This document shows positions 14,101-28,489 of a stretch of DNA of 64,000 nucleotides, piece by piece. The stretch is taken from assembly GCF_001194135.2 (NCBI RefSeq), contig NC_068983.1, positions 159,715,917 through 159,779,916 of the forward strand, read 5' to 3'. The translations under genes and the position numbers were made by a program. The notes under the pieces were generated by a model. That model was not told the origin of the DNA and made no database searches. It saw only the letters and a list, made by a program, of their open reading frames with translations. Positions within the stretch are counted from its first letter, which is position 1. Each line of letters begins with the position of its first letter. The DNA is from Octopus bimaculoides (Eukaryota).

Positions 14101-15637
14101 TGTGCGTTATCTATGTTTGCAAAGAGGTTTCCACGCTAGTATTAATCTACATACACAGAAAGCATCTATTCAATGCACGTCGATTACAGCAGATTTATTC
14201 AGCTAACATATCCCGGTAATTCACTACACTTTTATACTCTCTCATCTGCGCTTCTTTGATATTTATGTTCCAGTTTCAAACCCGTCTTTTCTCTCCCTTT
14301 TCGTTTTCTGTTTTTGTTTTCACAGTCGTTGAGAATACATTTTTAAACATACCTTATTAGTAGCATTGTTCTTTTTTCTTGTATTCAAAAGAAAGAAAGA
14401 AAACATCACTGTACGCATTAAAAAAACATTTCATTTTTATTGCTATTATTGTTACTCACATCACTTATTCTGTCAACATGATGTCTGCTAAGCGATCGTT
14501 AAAATATTTATTTAGCAGCAATTGTTTATATTTTAGCTTTTATAGATTTTTGCTGATGCGTTTATTGATAGTATCGCTGTGTAACCCTTGACACTCCTAG
14601 TTTTATAGGACCACAGTGTGGGCCCCATTAACAGAGTTATTAATTTTTCCGACATTTTTTCCTGTTTCCATTTCTATCAATATAATTCGGTTTCGTCGCG
14701 ACTCGAATGTTAAGTATTGTTTGGTCTTACTGTAACTGTGATTATTATCAGTAGTGCGCAAATAGTAACTGCATTGAAGATAATAGCACTTTGCTCATTG
14801 ACCACTAATGAAAAATGGGCTGATTCTCTCCATCATATTGACTGAGACGGTACTAAAACTCTAATCTTGGCAACGAACCTAGATACAAAACTCTGTTTCC
14901 GAATTTATTTCTTTTTATCTTGCTGTTAATTCTGTTTTCCGATGGAAAACAACTTCCCATTTTCATTTCCCTATAATCTAATTTTATTTCCTTCTTCTCA
15001 GCCTTCTTTCTTCTTTCTTGTCTGAAAATGCAGTCATCCACCCATATTTCCACCCCTCGTTCCCTCCTATAAAACATCATTCTTCTCATATCATTTTATA
15101 CTTGTTTGATTTCACCCATTCCTCAAACTATTTTTCTCCAACCTCTGTAAACTGTCACACGGCTGGGAATGTGCCAAAGTAGATTCATTCGCTTCTTTGA
15201 AATTTATTTCTCTCCTTCAAAGATGTAAAACATGCAAAATTGTGTAATGTGACTCGGGTTTCTTGTCAAAATATAGCTTCTCTGAATTATTATATCCAGC
15301 TTCAAGAGTTCAGTTATATCCATATATTTGTTGCTTTAAGATACCTTGTATTTATTACAGATTGTTGCGAAGAGCAATTTAGAATATATTCATTTTAGCA
15401 TGTGTTTATTCACATGTTTCCTGTTTGAAATATGAAAATATTCATCTCTTCTGCACATATTAGCTTATTTCCGTGAAGAAAGTGGACATTGCTTGCTATC
15501 AAAAATAGAAAATACTTCATGACAAGCCTTTTATATCTAGAATACCCATGAAAAAGTGAAAGACAAAGAGATACAGAGGTTTAATTATATGCGAACACAG
15601 AAGTTATCTATGCAATAGCATAAAATGTAATTGCAAG

Positions 15638-15692
<55 letters not shown>

Positions 15693-15741
15693 TACATACA
15701 TACATACATGAATATATATGAATACACACAAAACACACATA

Positions 15742-16000
15742 TACGTGGAGTTGGTATAAGTTCCCGGACTGGTTTTGTAGAGCGCCAATACATCGTAACA
15801 CACGCTTGTGTGCACAGTGAGAGCTAGCAGTGATCTTCATGAGGCAGTGTGCCGAGTGTGATCGTTGTATTTATTTCGCAAGTTGTTAAATGTGTGCTTC
15901 TGTGATCACATGTATGCTGTAGTCTGCGATTATGTGATAGACAGAAACAAAGCCAACGTAAAATTTCGCGCTAAACTTGGAGAGGCTGCTACTCGGTTAG
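15742..16000 (+). mobile_element. 5' end of mariner-like element
   Basis: TIR-like tacgtggagttggtataagttcccgg; RNKANVKFRAKLGEAA resembles the mariner N-terminus; closely similar to the minus-strand copy ending at 63231. Confidence 0.7.
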
Positions 16001-16899
16001 TAGTATAGTGAAAATTTATAAAATGTCCCAGACATTTTCCATTTGAAGTTCTTGGGTTGAACATATACAGCACAAACAGATGCACATATATATGGAATGC
16101 ACGCACAGATACACACATAAAGAGTAATGAAGTACACGTGTTAAGTAATATACACACATCCAACCACTTCAAATATCTACTAACTCCAAGAGCTGCCTTT
16201 ACTTAAACTAATGAAGCTTGTCACTTTGTTAGTCAGCGTCATATATTCTGCAAAAGTAAAATCCTAAGAATATCAGAGGCATGTTTCAGCTCAATAACAG
16301 AAGCGAATTTCTATTCCTGAGAGATCTTTCCGCATGCAATAACAGAAGCGCACTTATCTACTCTTATAGTTGATGTAGCGACACATATATCAAAGTACAT
16401 TGTTTTTCTTGGACAGGAAAGAAAAAAAAAATCATGATGGAGATACCATGGATATCGACGAAAAATGACATGCCCTTATATCTGTTGTCACATTCAAACT
16501 TTGTCTGTGACACAAAAATAGTATATGTACTGTAACACAATGAGTTGATATGTACATCATATCGTCCACATGACGAGAGTGAAATGGAGGATCGTGTCTT
16601 GGAGTGATAAATGAAGTAATAACGGAACTAGGTCAACGCATCAACGTTTTTCAATTTCAGACAGTCCATCGGCAACAATCTAAAGGATGTAAAGTTGTGA
16701 ACAGACTCAAGTAGACTCTCTGCTTGTTTTCCATAAAATAGTGTTCGTGGCACAAATAACACGATATCCGGTCAGGAGTAACATCTTGGATCATTTTTTA
16801 CTTCACTTACAATATGAAACTCATCCATAATGTGAAAGTTACTTCAACTATTTACTTAGGCAGGAACATTGTAAAACTAACAAAGTATGGTGTAAAGTA

Positions 16900-18590
16900 A
16901 ATCGAAGATACATAAAGCTCAAGACGCACTTCAAGCCTATCGATCTGGAACTTCTGCAAAGCTGGTTGGACATCGGTTGAAAAGAGGTCCCGAAACAGAA
17001 TCGGTCAGAAAAACACTGTGCAAAACAATGACACAAAACCTGAAAATCTTTTGTCAATAATGCAAGCAATATGAATTGAAATTGTCCAAGAAAGAAGATC
17101 CGATACACAAACCATATTATTCTTAGTGACAAGAGAGTTCTTATAGAGCAAAGAATAATGATCGCTTAAAGAAATAACATAATGACAGCGAGGAATCCCA
17201 TGTCGGTTAAGTACATTCGAAGATAAAAAAAGGAGAAAGGACAGTTGAAAATTTAAAAAAGCAAATCTTAAAACTTTCTACATATTTGCGAAAGAATCCA
17301 CTACGGTGCATTACAAGATAGGGCCACAGTTCGAAGAAACTCGCTTACTGGCTGCAAACATCCAAAAGACAAGTGAAATTCTAATGAAACAATTCCAGTG
17401 TTTTCAAGTTTCTTCTGAGCAATATGCATATAAGCCCGACGAAAAACACCACCTTTACACAAGGAAGAGGCAAGTATCGATTACATCGGCATTGAAAGAG
17501 GGGGATGAAATATCAGCTACTGATGAGGTGAACTCGAACTCAGCAATGGGCCCTGATGGTTTGCCAGTGTTTTTTTATACATTCGAAAGCTTTATCGCAA
17601 AACTATTTTTGAAGCCCCTCCATGGCTTCCAAAAAGATTTATAAGAAGCTATAATATACCGTGTCCTTAAAGTAGGAAACTGAACAAATTATGAAATTAC
17701 AGACCTATGTTTCTAATCTCTCACATCAGCAAATCCATGCTCAGCGTTGTCACAAGGGAACTGATGATATTTCTGAAAATAAATGGTTTGTTCGTTGATA
17801 CGCAGTCGGCTTCCTTCCACGAAGTAACTGCTTCACACAGCTATTACTGCATTATAATTGGGTAACTGAAAAAACCAAGGCCTTTGGAAAAGTTGATCAC
17901 AACATGATAGGTCGCCAGGTGTGTGACCTTCAATTTGTAAAAAATCTCGGAGTGAGTTTCATAACTTTTTAATGGGTAAAGCAAATTATTTGCAGTCAAT
18001 GAGACCTCAGCTCAATACAGAGTCTCTCAAAGACCTGTATTAACACCACTAGTGATTGTGGTGGCTCCCTTAGACAAGTACATTCCCTCCGTCATATCAC
18101 AAGCTATGCAGGCACTCAAGAATCCAAATACACATGACCGCAATGCATAAGTGGACTGAAGAAATCAACGTGCAGGTAAATGATGAAAATTTGAAGCTCT
18201 CCGTTATCAGCCCACAAGCATGGGAGTGTACAGTATATGGGTTATTGCAATCCCAAAGCTACAATCAGTGCATAATCCACTGCAGTAATAATGCCTCATT
18301 CCAAATACATATCACTAAGACAGCAACAACGTGCATGTGGCTGGTTTGTGGCATTCTGAGATCATTTATAAGAAAAATAGTTAGTGCTGTGGTGAACATT
18401 CGTTTTCAGTCTTCTCGTCTACTACTCTCAGTTGTGGCTACCATGTGGCGTCAAACTAACAGCAAATCCCCAGGTAGTTCAACGCTCTGACAGGAGCATT
18501 GTTTTAAAGCAACAGATAAGCTACGGGGAGATGTTCATCTGTTGCATTGAACTAAAAGAACTGTAGCTCTACTTCCTAGTTAAACCTCCC
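16900..18590 (+). mobile_element. Decayed CR1/L2-group LINE (RT region)
   Basis: NSAMGPDGLPVF, KAFGKVDHNMI, MHKWTEEINVQVNDENLK, ILRSF, SRL.YYSQLW. Many stops and frameshifts. Confidence 0.75.
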
Positions 18591-19129
18591 AAAAGCGGGA
18601 CGTAAATGAGAAAATATACAAATGTGATAGAAGAATCTCGCTTTGGGATTAGAACCAGATTTTTTTCCTCTTTCTGACTGTTCCTTCCGATACATGGAGA
18701 TCTTTTGCAATTGACCTCATGGTCTTTCTGGGATTGTAATCAATGATCTGGTGAACTTGCTGGATAAATTCAGGTGTTGTGAGATTTCAGAACATTTAAA
18801 ATGCCTTTTATGTTTTGATACTGGTGATACGTTTCAATCTTACAAAGTTTGGAGACGAAAAATCTGGCAACTTTTAAAAATCAAGATATTTATAAATCGC
18901 TGTGCTCAGCCTTTATAACCACTATAACAGCATGCCTCTTCATTTCTTGAGTAAGCTGAGGGTCTGCCATTATTATTTTCTGAAACAAAGATTATACAGA
19001 GTTAGCAAAAATGCAGCATTGACCACCCAAAAGTACGCACTCTGTATATAGTCTACAGAACTATGTCCAGACAATGAAACAACACATCAGTAGCTTGAGA
19101 AAAGGTGCACCACGGGAACATGAAAAACC

Positions 19130-19560
19130 TTTTAATGATACATGGGAATGTGGTGTAACATACTTCAACCCAAGAAACGGACTTCACAAAATTTCCAAGC
19201 ATTCAACAATATTTCCAAGCTATGCCAACCACCGAACTGGACGGCACTGCATAATACCAGAGATATTGTCTTCTTCATCTCGGATTAATATTCACTACTG
19301 CAACAGCTTGGGTTTCAGGGGACCACAACTTTTTAACATCCTGCCAGACAATATCAGAGATTTGCGAGGTGCAGATGTGGAAACATTCAAAAAGCACCTG
19401 GACAAATTTCTATCTGAAATCCCAGATGAGCCCTCGTCGCAGCAGGAGGAACAAAGAGGAGCAGCTCTGCCCAAATCGCTTCTTCACCAAAAACAGTATA
19501 GAAGGAAAACCAAAAAAACTGAAAGGCGGGGCTCCAGCATGGCCCCGACCTTTGGCTGAA
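19130..19560 (+). mobile_element. 3' end of CR1/L2-group LINE ORF2
   Basis: NHRTGRHCI...YCNSLGFRGPQLFNILPDNIRDL...VETFKKHLDKFLSEIPDEP, a typical CR1-group C-terminus. Confidence 0.85.
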
Positions 19561-21039
19561 ACCGGTAAAAGATTATATGTGTGTATATATAAAGAAAGAG
19601 AGAGTGAGTGACAAAGAGGGAGAGATAAATAGCAACATAGCTGCATATTAACACACACACGCACACACATATATATATATGTATGTAAATATATATATGT
19701 GGGTGCGCGTGTGTGTGCATGAGGTGTGTGTGTGTGCGTGGGTCTGCGTGTCTGTATGTATATATGCATATATACAAGTGCGACGGTGTGTAAGTTTTTG
19801 TGTTTCTGTGAACACACAAGCCTAATCTTACAGCTGAATGGCAGTTCATAGAGACCCGAATAAATACACTTAAGGCAGGCTGTAAATATGCTTACCAGAG
19901 AGCACGTGATTAATTCTTTTTATGTATCATTTACATTGATCAATTAAACGGTTTACATTAACATTCATCCGTTGTCAATATGACATTATTTCTAGTATAT
20001 CAATTGAAAAGCATTTTCTTTCCTTCTAGTCTTCCAATCTAGTTTAACTTTGTTTGTATAGCCAGAAAACTGGCCAATTCCTAACCACTCTTCCGACCCT
20101 CAGAAAAAGGGTTTATTTATTTGCATCGTATACAGAATGATGGTAAATTTGAATGACAAATAAAATGTGAAGTGAACTATATATGTTTTTTTTCTTTTAT
20201 TCTTACTGAATTCTTTTAGCTTGTTGGTGACAGACGCTACAAAAACTGAACTGTTATGTGAGGGTTTTTATCAAACCTTAAGCAGATGAGAGGGCATGAA
20301 GTCAATTTTGCAATGTAATGAAATACTTATTATATACCGAATATACCAATAGTGGTAACGTATTAACGCTTGCTAAATGAATCTGTTCTTGTCCGACAAG
20401 ATCTATAAAGAGAGATATTCCACTCGTGAACATCCGCTTTTGATTTTCACGTAGAATGTCGTCCAAGAGAGTATTATTCTATGAGTCTTTCTTTTATCAA
20501 AACGGTAAGAAATAATTTAAAAGAAATTTGGCTACACCATCGTACAGGATGAGCGAACATGCACAGTGTTAACTTTTTGCAATAAATATGCTCAGCAATA
20601 TATAACTAGATGCATCTTGCTAGATAGACAGCTCAGTCAATAGATCAATGTTTGGAACATTACTATAGTATAGAATTCGGGCAGTTACCATCAATGATTT
20701 GGAAGTTAAAATAAATCCTTATTGTTTAGGCGCATGCATAGCTGTATGATTATGAAGTTGCTTCGCAACTACGCGGTTTGAGGTCCCATCCACTGCGTCG
20801 CAAGTTGTACATGAGTCTTCTATCACAGTGAAAGTTCGATGAAAATCTTCGTGAGAAGAATTCGGAGGAGAGAAATTGCGGGTAAGGTCGACAGGATAAA
20901 TCGGACTTGTTTGTTGGTTAGTGACAAAATGTTCAGCCTGATTTAACAACACTACCTGGTCATTGAGTGTTTTTAGTGGACCATAAACATAACATACATT
21001 CGGATTATTTGCATGAATAATTTGAGAAATTCCTTTCAC

Positions 21040-22630
21040 CATATGCAGAGAACATGAAACATGACATTAGGAAGATATCGTGATCAAAGAAAAATGTTAT
21101 TCTGGCCATAGACGAGGTAGCTGCAAATTCAGTTACTGACCCTGATAGATTCCCAGCAATCTTTCTTAAATCCTGCCAATGAACCCTTGCAAAGCCTCTG
21201 CTTCTTCGTTTACAGATCTTCCTAGCAAGTATTAAGATACCAGGCAAACTGAAGGAAAAAATGATTCGTCCTGTCAATAAACCTATCTCCTTGACTTCAC
21301 GCACTAGCAAAGTCATGGAATGAACAGTCTTAACAAAGTTAATTGCGTTCCATGAATAAGGATGACTTGCTGACTAACTCCCGGCATGGTTTTCGACTAG
21401 GTAGAAGTTGTCTGACACAGGTCTTCCAGTACTTAGTCTAGATGTTTAAACAACTGCTCAACAACAACTGAGATGTGGACGTGATATATCTCAATTTTGC
21501 ATATCATATCATGGTTGATGTTATCGAATAACGTCGACCATGATATGATATGACAAAAGCTGTGTGACCTCAGCATGGTCGCAAAACTTGGAGTGGCTAA
21601 ACGGCTTTCTAAAAAATAAATAGAACCAACGAGGGTACCTGCAAGGAAACGCAAATGATGAGTGGTATCCTACAGGCACTGTCTTGGGGTCACTGCTACT
21701 CATAGTGTCTCTCTCAGACATACCCTCCGCTGCTAGACAGCCATCCTTGCTAGCTATGCAAAATCTCTCAGCGAATACAGAAGCCTGGAGATGTTGCGCA
21801 CTTGCTGCAGGATTTGAACGTAATATACAGGTGGGCTGAGGACAATAACATGCAGTTTAATGCTGTAAAATTTCAAGCCCAACAATACCAGCACACAAAT
21901 CTGATTGATATACAGACAATATATACTGGCCCAGTGATTGAAATCCTTGAATCATAATCCCTGGGCACTGACATAGAGTAGTGATGCATCTTTCCAGATG
22001 TACATTACTAAGTTGGCAATAAAACGCAGGCGGCTGGCCGGATGAATCCTTAGAAATTTCAGAAAGGGAAAGCAAAACAACATGATGGTCATCTGTAGGA
22101 CATTTCATCACAGTCGTTTAGACCACTGCTCCCCACATAGTGTAAAATTTACGGCGGAATTCGAAGTAATCCGGCGAAGCTACACGAGGAAGATCGTCTC
22201 AATGCGACATGTCAACTACGGGGAGAAGCTGAAAAAGTTCAGACTCTACTTCCTAGAACGAAGGCGGGAAAGATATGGAGTGATATATGCCAGGAAAACC
22301 CTGGCAGGACACGTACCAAACTTTGGCATTGAAAGTTATAGTTACAGCAGAACGAGAAACCACTGCATAGTGCCAAAATCCCAGTATTGCCATCAGGACA
22401 TAGGACCAGATATTGCAACAGCTTGTGTCTGAAGGGCCCTCATCTTTTCAACTTCATCTCAAAACGCCTGAGAGACCAACATGTGGCGAATGTAGCTATC
22501 TTCAAAATGAAACTGGTGTCCGCCCCATTAAGGGTTCTGGATGAACTTAATTCGCGGAAGGAAACGCGGCGGAAGGCAGCAAAATCAATCTCTATCATTC
22601 AGCAAATGTCACATATGAGAAGTTTCAAGT
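21040..22630 (+). mobile_element. Second decayed CR1/L2-group LINE
   Basis: DPDRFPAIFLKSC, ISLTSRTSKVME, RHGFRLGRSCLTQ, FDNVDHDMI, PTGTVLGSLL, WAEDNNMQFNA.KF, LYFLERRRERYGVIY, KGPHLFN. Confidence 0.85.
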
Positions 22631-22702
22631 AGTGAAAGTGTAGCAAAGCATACTTTGGTATTGCAGCATGACTGCAGCTCTTGAGCTGAAACTAGTAATA
22701 TA

Positions 22703-22741
<39 letters not shown>

Positions 22742-25136
22742 GCATATATATGAAATAATGATGTATGTATACATCATGGTAACGCATAGACACGCACAGA
22801 CACTAATGCGTACGCGCGCGTACACATACACATATATTTTTAATGTACATACGATTGTTTTCTTAACTATTGCAACAACAGCAGCAAGTATAAATGATTA
22901 TTCGCTTCTATTTAATGAATGTGAGGTACTCTTCCAGCAAACAAGTTGAGTTTGAATATCTAAAACAAGCTCTTTATAACAATGTTAAAGAAATGGGAAG
23001 ATGTAGCGATAATAATTCATTCATATCCACGACTTGAATATCATTAGCATTAAAATGTTTCTACCGGTAAACTCCATTGTCTTTAATTGATAGTTATGGT
23101 TTATTTTTATTTGGCTTCTCAAATTCAAACTGGTTTTGACATCTAGAAGATCGTGATCTTTTATTAATTTGCCGTTAAATTTATTTAAAATGCCTTGTGT
23201 ATTGAGCCATTATGTAAATAAAAAAGACCTTTTAGCTACAGATACGCTGGTATTTATTATTCTGCAATAAATTTCAGTAATTTTAAAATTGCATCTATTC
23301 AATATTATTTATGTAATGTTCATTTTATTGTTTCCTTTCAAAAGCAACAATAATAATCTGACTAATTTATTGTTAGTCATGTGAATGGCATCTTTTGTGA
23401 ATTGGAATGTTTGTAGAATACTTCTGGTTACTTCCTACAAAGTCTTCCATTTCAGGGATGCGTTCCAAGTATATTACAATTATTCATTTTATCAGCCCCT
23501 GAAGGATGAGATTCGGAATTTATTCAGACAGAATATGAATGCAATAATGTCATATACCAATTATTTAAGACACCACGAAACAGGCTCTCTATCGTTTGTC
23601 AGTAAGCCTTATTTCAGCATATTAGACTAGAAAAGAATTGAACACAGAACTAAAGATACGAAGTGAAATATCGTAATGCGTTTAGGTTTTAGCTAAAACC
23701 ACCATTATTGTTTAAGTTTAGATGTTTTAAGTGCATCTTAAGAACTATTTGCGTGATTAATAAATTGGTATTTCTATTCAGGGTGAAAAAACAAAACAAA
23801 AATGGTTATTCACGTTTAAATACAGCAATAAATGGTCCACGTATTGAAAGGTTAAACGAAAAGTGTTTTCAAATTTGACTCACATGTATAAGAAAGTTTA
23901 CTTTCTTTCTGTGGAAATAATTGTATCTAACTTATTTGTAATTCCATGTCTGAGGACTGCACGGATACGCGTCTTTTCTTAGTTTACAGTATCAATTGTG
24001 CTACTGCCTAGTTTGTAAAGGTAAGCATTACATTGCAAAACTAGTGTTCTTGCAAAGCAAGGTACGCGTAACCTAGTTAATTTTCTTTCTTTCCGAGGTT
24101 CTTAACATCACCATTGTATTTAAGCAGCATGGATTGCATTTCTACACAGCTCATCTACATGAAGAAAATAAGCAACTGTCTTCCTCTCCTTTAAAATAGT
24201 GTGTATCCAGACAAGTTTGAGTTTCGAACCAGATATGATGTTGCGTGAATTATGAAAAGTAACGTAGCATATAGAAAGTAGCATATTTCGCTTTTTTAAT
24301 ACTAAGACATCTATAGATTCTGACAATATTTCAAGTCTATGAATCAGAATTAGCATACATTTTAATATCAATAACTTTCTTGCAACACATACATGTGACG
24401 ACTTCTAACTGAACGACTTAGATTGCATTATCCCGACTTAACATATTTATACTTACCCTAATACAAAACTCTCGTATGGTGTCCTAGCAAAATGATCTTA
24501 CTGTCCATCAATAAACTATAATCATAGAAATCATAGTAAAGGAAGGCAAATAATCTTAAAATTTATTTCTTCATAGTCTTGAACGACTATTTTCAAGGAA
24601 AGTTTACGACTATTTTCAATGGAAGGTGTTACTAAAGGTCTGAGAAATATAAAAATTACGGTGAAATTGTAATAGAAAGGCTTATATAAAAATTATTTCG
24701 ATTTGCTCAAGAAATCGTATTCCAAAAAGAAATTTCTTTATATGGCCAATTAGCACATTGTTTATATTTTATTCCTATAAATTTAGACACTGTTAAAAAA
24801 TTGTTTATCTGTGAAATGCAGCTATTTAGTCATGAGTAAGGCCTGCTTAAGCAGTTCTATAATTTCTATAACTAAATGCATTCTAGTAACAATCGTCAAA
24901 TCTTCCTACAGATATCTGTTACTACATTATTCCATATGTTCTTTGCATATACGTTTGTGCTTGATTTAAGTGTTGTCTTTTTAGTGCTCATATAGATGCT
25001 GTAGAAGTCTTAGGAGATATTTTAATGTAACTGGTTTATGTCATTCGTTTTAATTTCATATGTAATAGAAGCCGTTTCCATTATATTGTTTCGATCGCCA
25101 AAAATAAAAAAAACAAATAACTAAATAAATAACAAG

Positions 25137-26000
25137 TACGAGGTCCTATCAGAACGTTCTTGGACCAGGCTTATATAAGTTTGAATAACTACTGTTGTAG
25201 ATAATGATAACTATATTATTTATATTCTAACATCAACTCTTTCAAATTAGCTCTCTTGGGAATGTACACAGCAATTCTAGCATGTCTTACACACCTTAAA
25301 GTACAGCGAAATTTTTATTCTGGAAGGCAGCCTTGCAACCCGCAATTCGGTTTGAATTTCGTCTTCCGACTTGGAATAGTGCCTCTTGAACTTCAATTTC
25401 ATTTTGGCAAACATTTAACTCACATAGAGTGAAATATGGAGGGTGTGAATCGTCTGGCATTGTGCATTTTGTTAAAAGTTTGCGTCGTTGTTATCGACCA
25501 ATTTGTGAACGGACGTGTTGTTATGATCAATCGACCAATTGCTGTTGCATCATAACAGTTTTGAAGATGCACATCAATCAAGTACTTCGTAGCGTCGCAG
25601 TAAAAGTCAGAATTTATCTTACTGTCGGGAAAAATAATCAGTGAATGATACTTTTGATGTCGAAAAAGAGAAAAAGAAAAACAAACACTGGGGTATGCTT
25701 TTTATTGCCCGCTGAACTTACTGTGCTGTCTTTGATCATGATTACTACGAGCCCTTCCACGACAATGACTGCTGTTTTGTTCTTGGATGTTAGACGTATA
25801 CTGAAGTTTCACTAGAACGATACTTCTAGAACGACTAATCGCTTCGTCGTTAGCCTTGTAATAAAGCTCATGACATCTCAATACATCGCAATGATCGAAT
25901 GTCTAGAGTTCAAACAACAGGTCAATACACAGCAGTGATTGGGTGTCGAGAGATAGATGACAAACTTTGTAAAAACAGATGCATATTCAGGGAATCTTGA
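25137..26000 (-). mobile_element. Very decayed mariner-like remnant
   Basis: TIR-like tacgaggtcctatcagaacgttcttgg, similar to the 63231 TIR. Weak transposase resemblance on the minus strand. Confidence 0.45.
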
Positions 26001-27239
26001 AGAAAATCACTTTATAATTGATTCCACTCACACGAGAGAACTCTTAGTTTATTCAGTTTCGTTTCTTCATAGATGAGTACACAATTTTTGTCTTTTATTT
26101 TTTCTGGCCTTTTGCTAACGATTACTCAACTTGGAAACATCATCTTGAACCAACATTCCACTGGCTTTGGAATACATGTATCATTCAAAAACATTTTCTT
26201 TTAAGCAAAAGAATTTTTGCATTCGCGGGACATGGTACCAATTTTGCAGAGCTTTACGCCAGTCTTAATGCAAGCACGTTATTAGAAAATTCAGACGTCG
26301 TAAAAATTACATCGTTACACCTCAGACAGTAATTGAACACGGATAAATAGCCTAAAATCTGTTTGATGCCTGATTTTGTAAATTGGCTACCAGCGATCAT
26401 CAGCAGCATACGCTTTTCCTGTTGAATAGTACGTTCACGTCATAAGCCAACCGGGGACTTTGTGATAACACTTTGTAACAAATTGATAGCAGACCTGATA
26501 ATAGCTTAAAGTCATAAGCCATTGAGACTTATTAGTTTTCAGCAATTATATTTTTATAGAGTTTTTACGATGAGAAACCTCACATTTCAACCGAAGTCAA
26601 ATATATCAGCATATATAGTCTTTTAACTCATAGACAAGACGTGAAATCATTAATAACATATGAGTTCATTTGATAAGAGATGAGAAGTCACACCTGAAGA
26701 TTTCTCCGCATGATAGAAACGATCCAAATTTCAAAGAATAAGATTCAATTACATGTTCTCTGCCTGAATCTAGAGACTCTTATGTTCACAAATAGTATCT
26801 GCTAAAATATTTCAGCTTCTCTCTGTGATGAGATTACACTCACATACACACTCACCCAAACACGGAGAAACACGCTCACATGGTTATTAGTAGTACATGC
26901 ACTTGAAGTGAACAAATCAAAACGAGTTTACAATTTCATGTTCACATTGCAACTCAGAGCTTTTTGCGCAAGCAGATATATTTTGCTACTTCTCTTTACA
27001 TACATACGTAAGAGAAAGTTTCAAGATGTTTGACGAGATAGGTTTATGAGCCCAGAAAACTTTATGTTGCACGGAGCTGAGTGAAACTATTATGAAATAT
27101 ATGTAACACTCAGAAAATGAGTTGAGTGCTACTTTCGTTTGTCCACTTAATCGGGCATATATATATGTGAGTGTGTGTGTGTATGAGTGAGTGTATGTAT
27201 GCATGCATGCATGTATGTATGTATGTATGTATATGTATG

Positions 27240-27289
<50 letters not shown>

Positions 27290-27299
27290 NNNNNNNNNN

Positions 27300-27355
<56 letters not shown>

Positions 27356-27431
27356 GCGTGCTTTATACATGATAGTACCCACACTGAACAAAATGCTGTG
27401 CCAAAATTTGTGACTACCTTTTATTAATATT

Positions 27432-27640
27432 AAGGCGGCGAGTTGGCAGAATCGTCAGCATGCCGGACGAAATGCTGCAAAGCATTTCGTCCGTCTTTAC
27501 ATTCTGAATTCAAATTTCGTCAACGTCGATTTTGCCTTTAATCCTATAGGGACCGATGAAATAAGTACCGGTTGCGTACTAGGATCGATGTAATCGATTA
27601 GCCCTTCTCCAAATTTTCAGTCCTTGTCTCTTTATTGGAA
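27432..27640 (+). mobile_element. tRNA-derived SINE, family B (OK-like)
   Basis: ggcggcgagttggcagaatcgtcagcatgccggacgaaatgc...gtcgattttgcctttaatcc...gatgaaataagtacc; followed by (CTA)n. Confidence 0.85.
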
Positions 27641-27643
27641 AGG

Positions 27644-27695
<52 letters not shown>

Positions 27696-27799
27696 ACCTA
27701 CATTTTTGTAAATCTTAGATACTGATATTTTAAACGACCCGGACATTTTAGTTAGGAAGCAATTAATAATAAGTCAACAAACCACTCTTAATACTTCCT

Positions 27800-28430
27800 T
27801 TCCTGTGTTTTACATCAATAAGACTTTCCTTTAAATACTTCTTGTACCAAGAATTGCTGTCTTTTGCCTGACCCGTTGGCTTACATTAATTCCCATGCAA
27901 GTTCTCGAAACTGCCCGAACTGCATCTCTATGCTCAAGTCATCACTGGAATCTCTAAAACCTTCCTCATCCTCAGCAATCTTTCAACTTCCTCCTTCTCT
28001 GACTCATACTTCTCCATCTTTTCATGCTCTTTATCTTTCACTCTACTAACTCCTGGGATAGAGGTACCGATAATTTCGGCCTCTTTTTCTTTCTGATTTT
28101 CTTGCCTCAATCATGCTATCACACTGAATGGTGAAGTCCCACAAAAGCTTAAATTTGTCATTTTTTAACCCCACTTCAGTTTTCTGCTCATCCCATTTAG
28201 CTGCTTTGGCAAACCCACAATTCTCAGATGTCGCCCAGTGTCTATATCTAGCAACATTATCATGCCGTTGTCTATACTTTTTCTGTGCCAACTTAGCGCA
28301 TTCACTTACAAGATTGTTGAGCGTTTCTCCTTTTCTACCGCGTATTTTACATACGGGTGATTCTTTCATTTTTTTCAACATGAGGTTTAATGTAGTAAGT
28401 TCGGAGAGCCTTCACCTAGACCGCTGAAAA
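27800..28430 (-). mobile_element. R4/Dong-like LINE 3' fragment
   Basis: PVCKI..KGETLNNLVSECAKLAQKKYRQRHDNVAR..HW, KLLWDFTIQCD, EKMEKY, QKTAILGTRSI. Confidence 0.85.
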
Positions 28431-28489
28431 CCAAAGCAAATGAACATCACCATCATCATCATCATCGTCATCGTCGTTGTCGTTATTAT

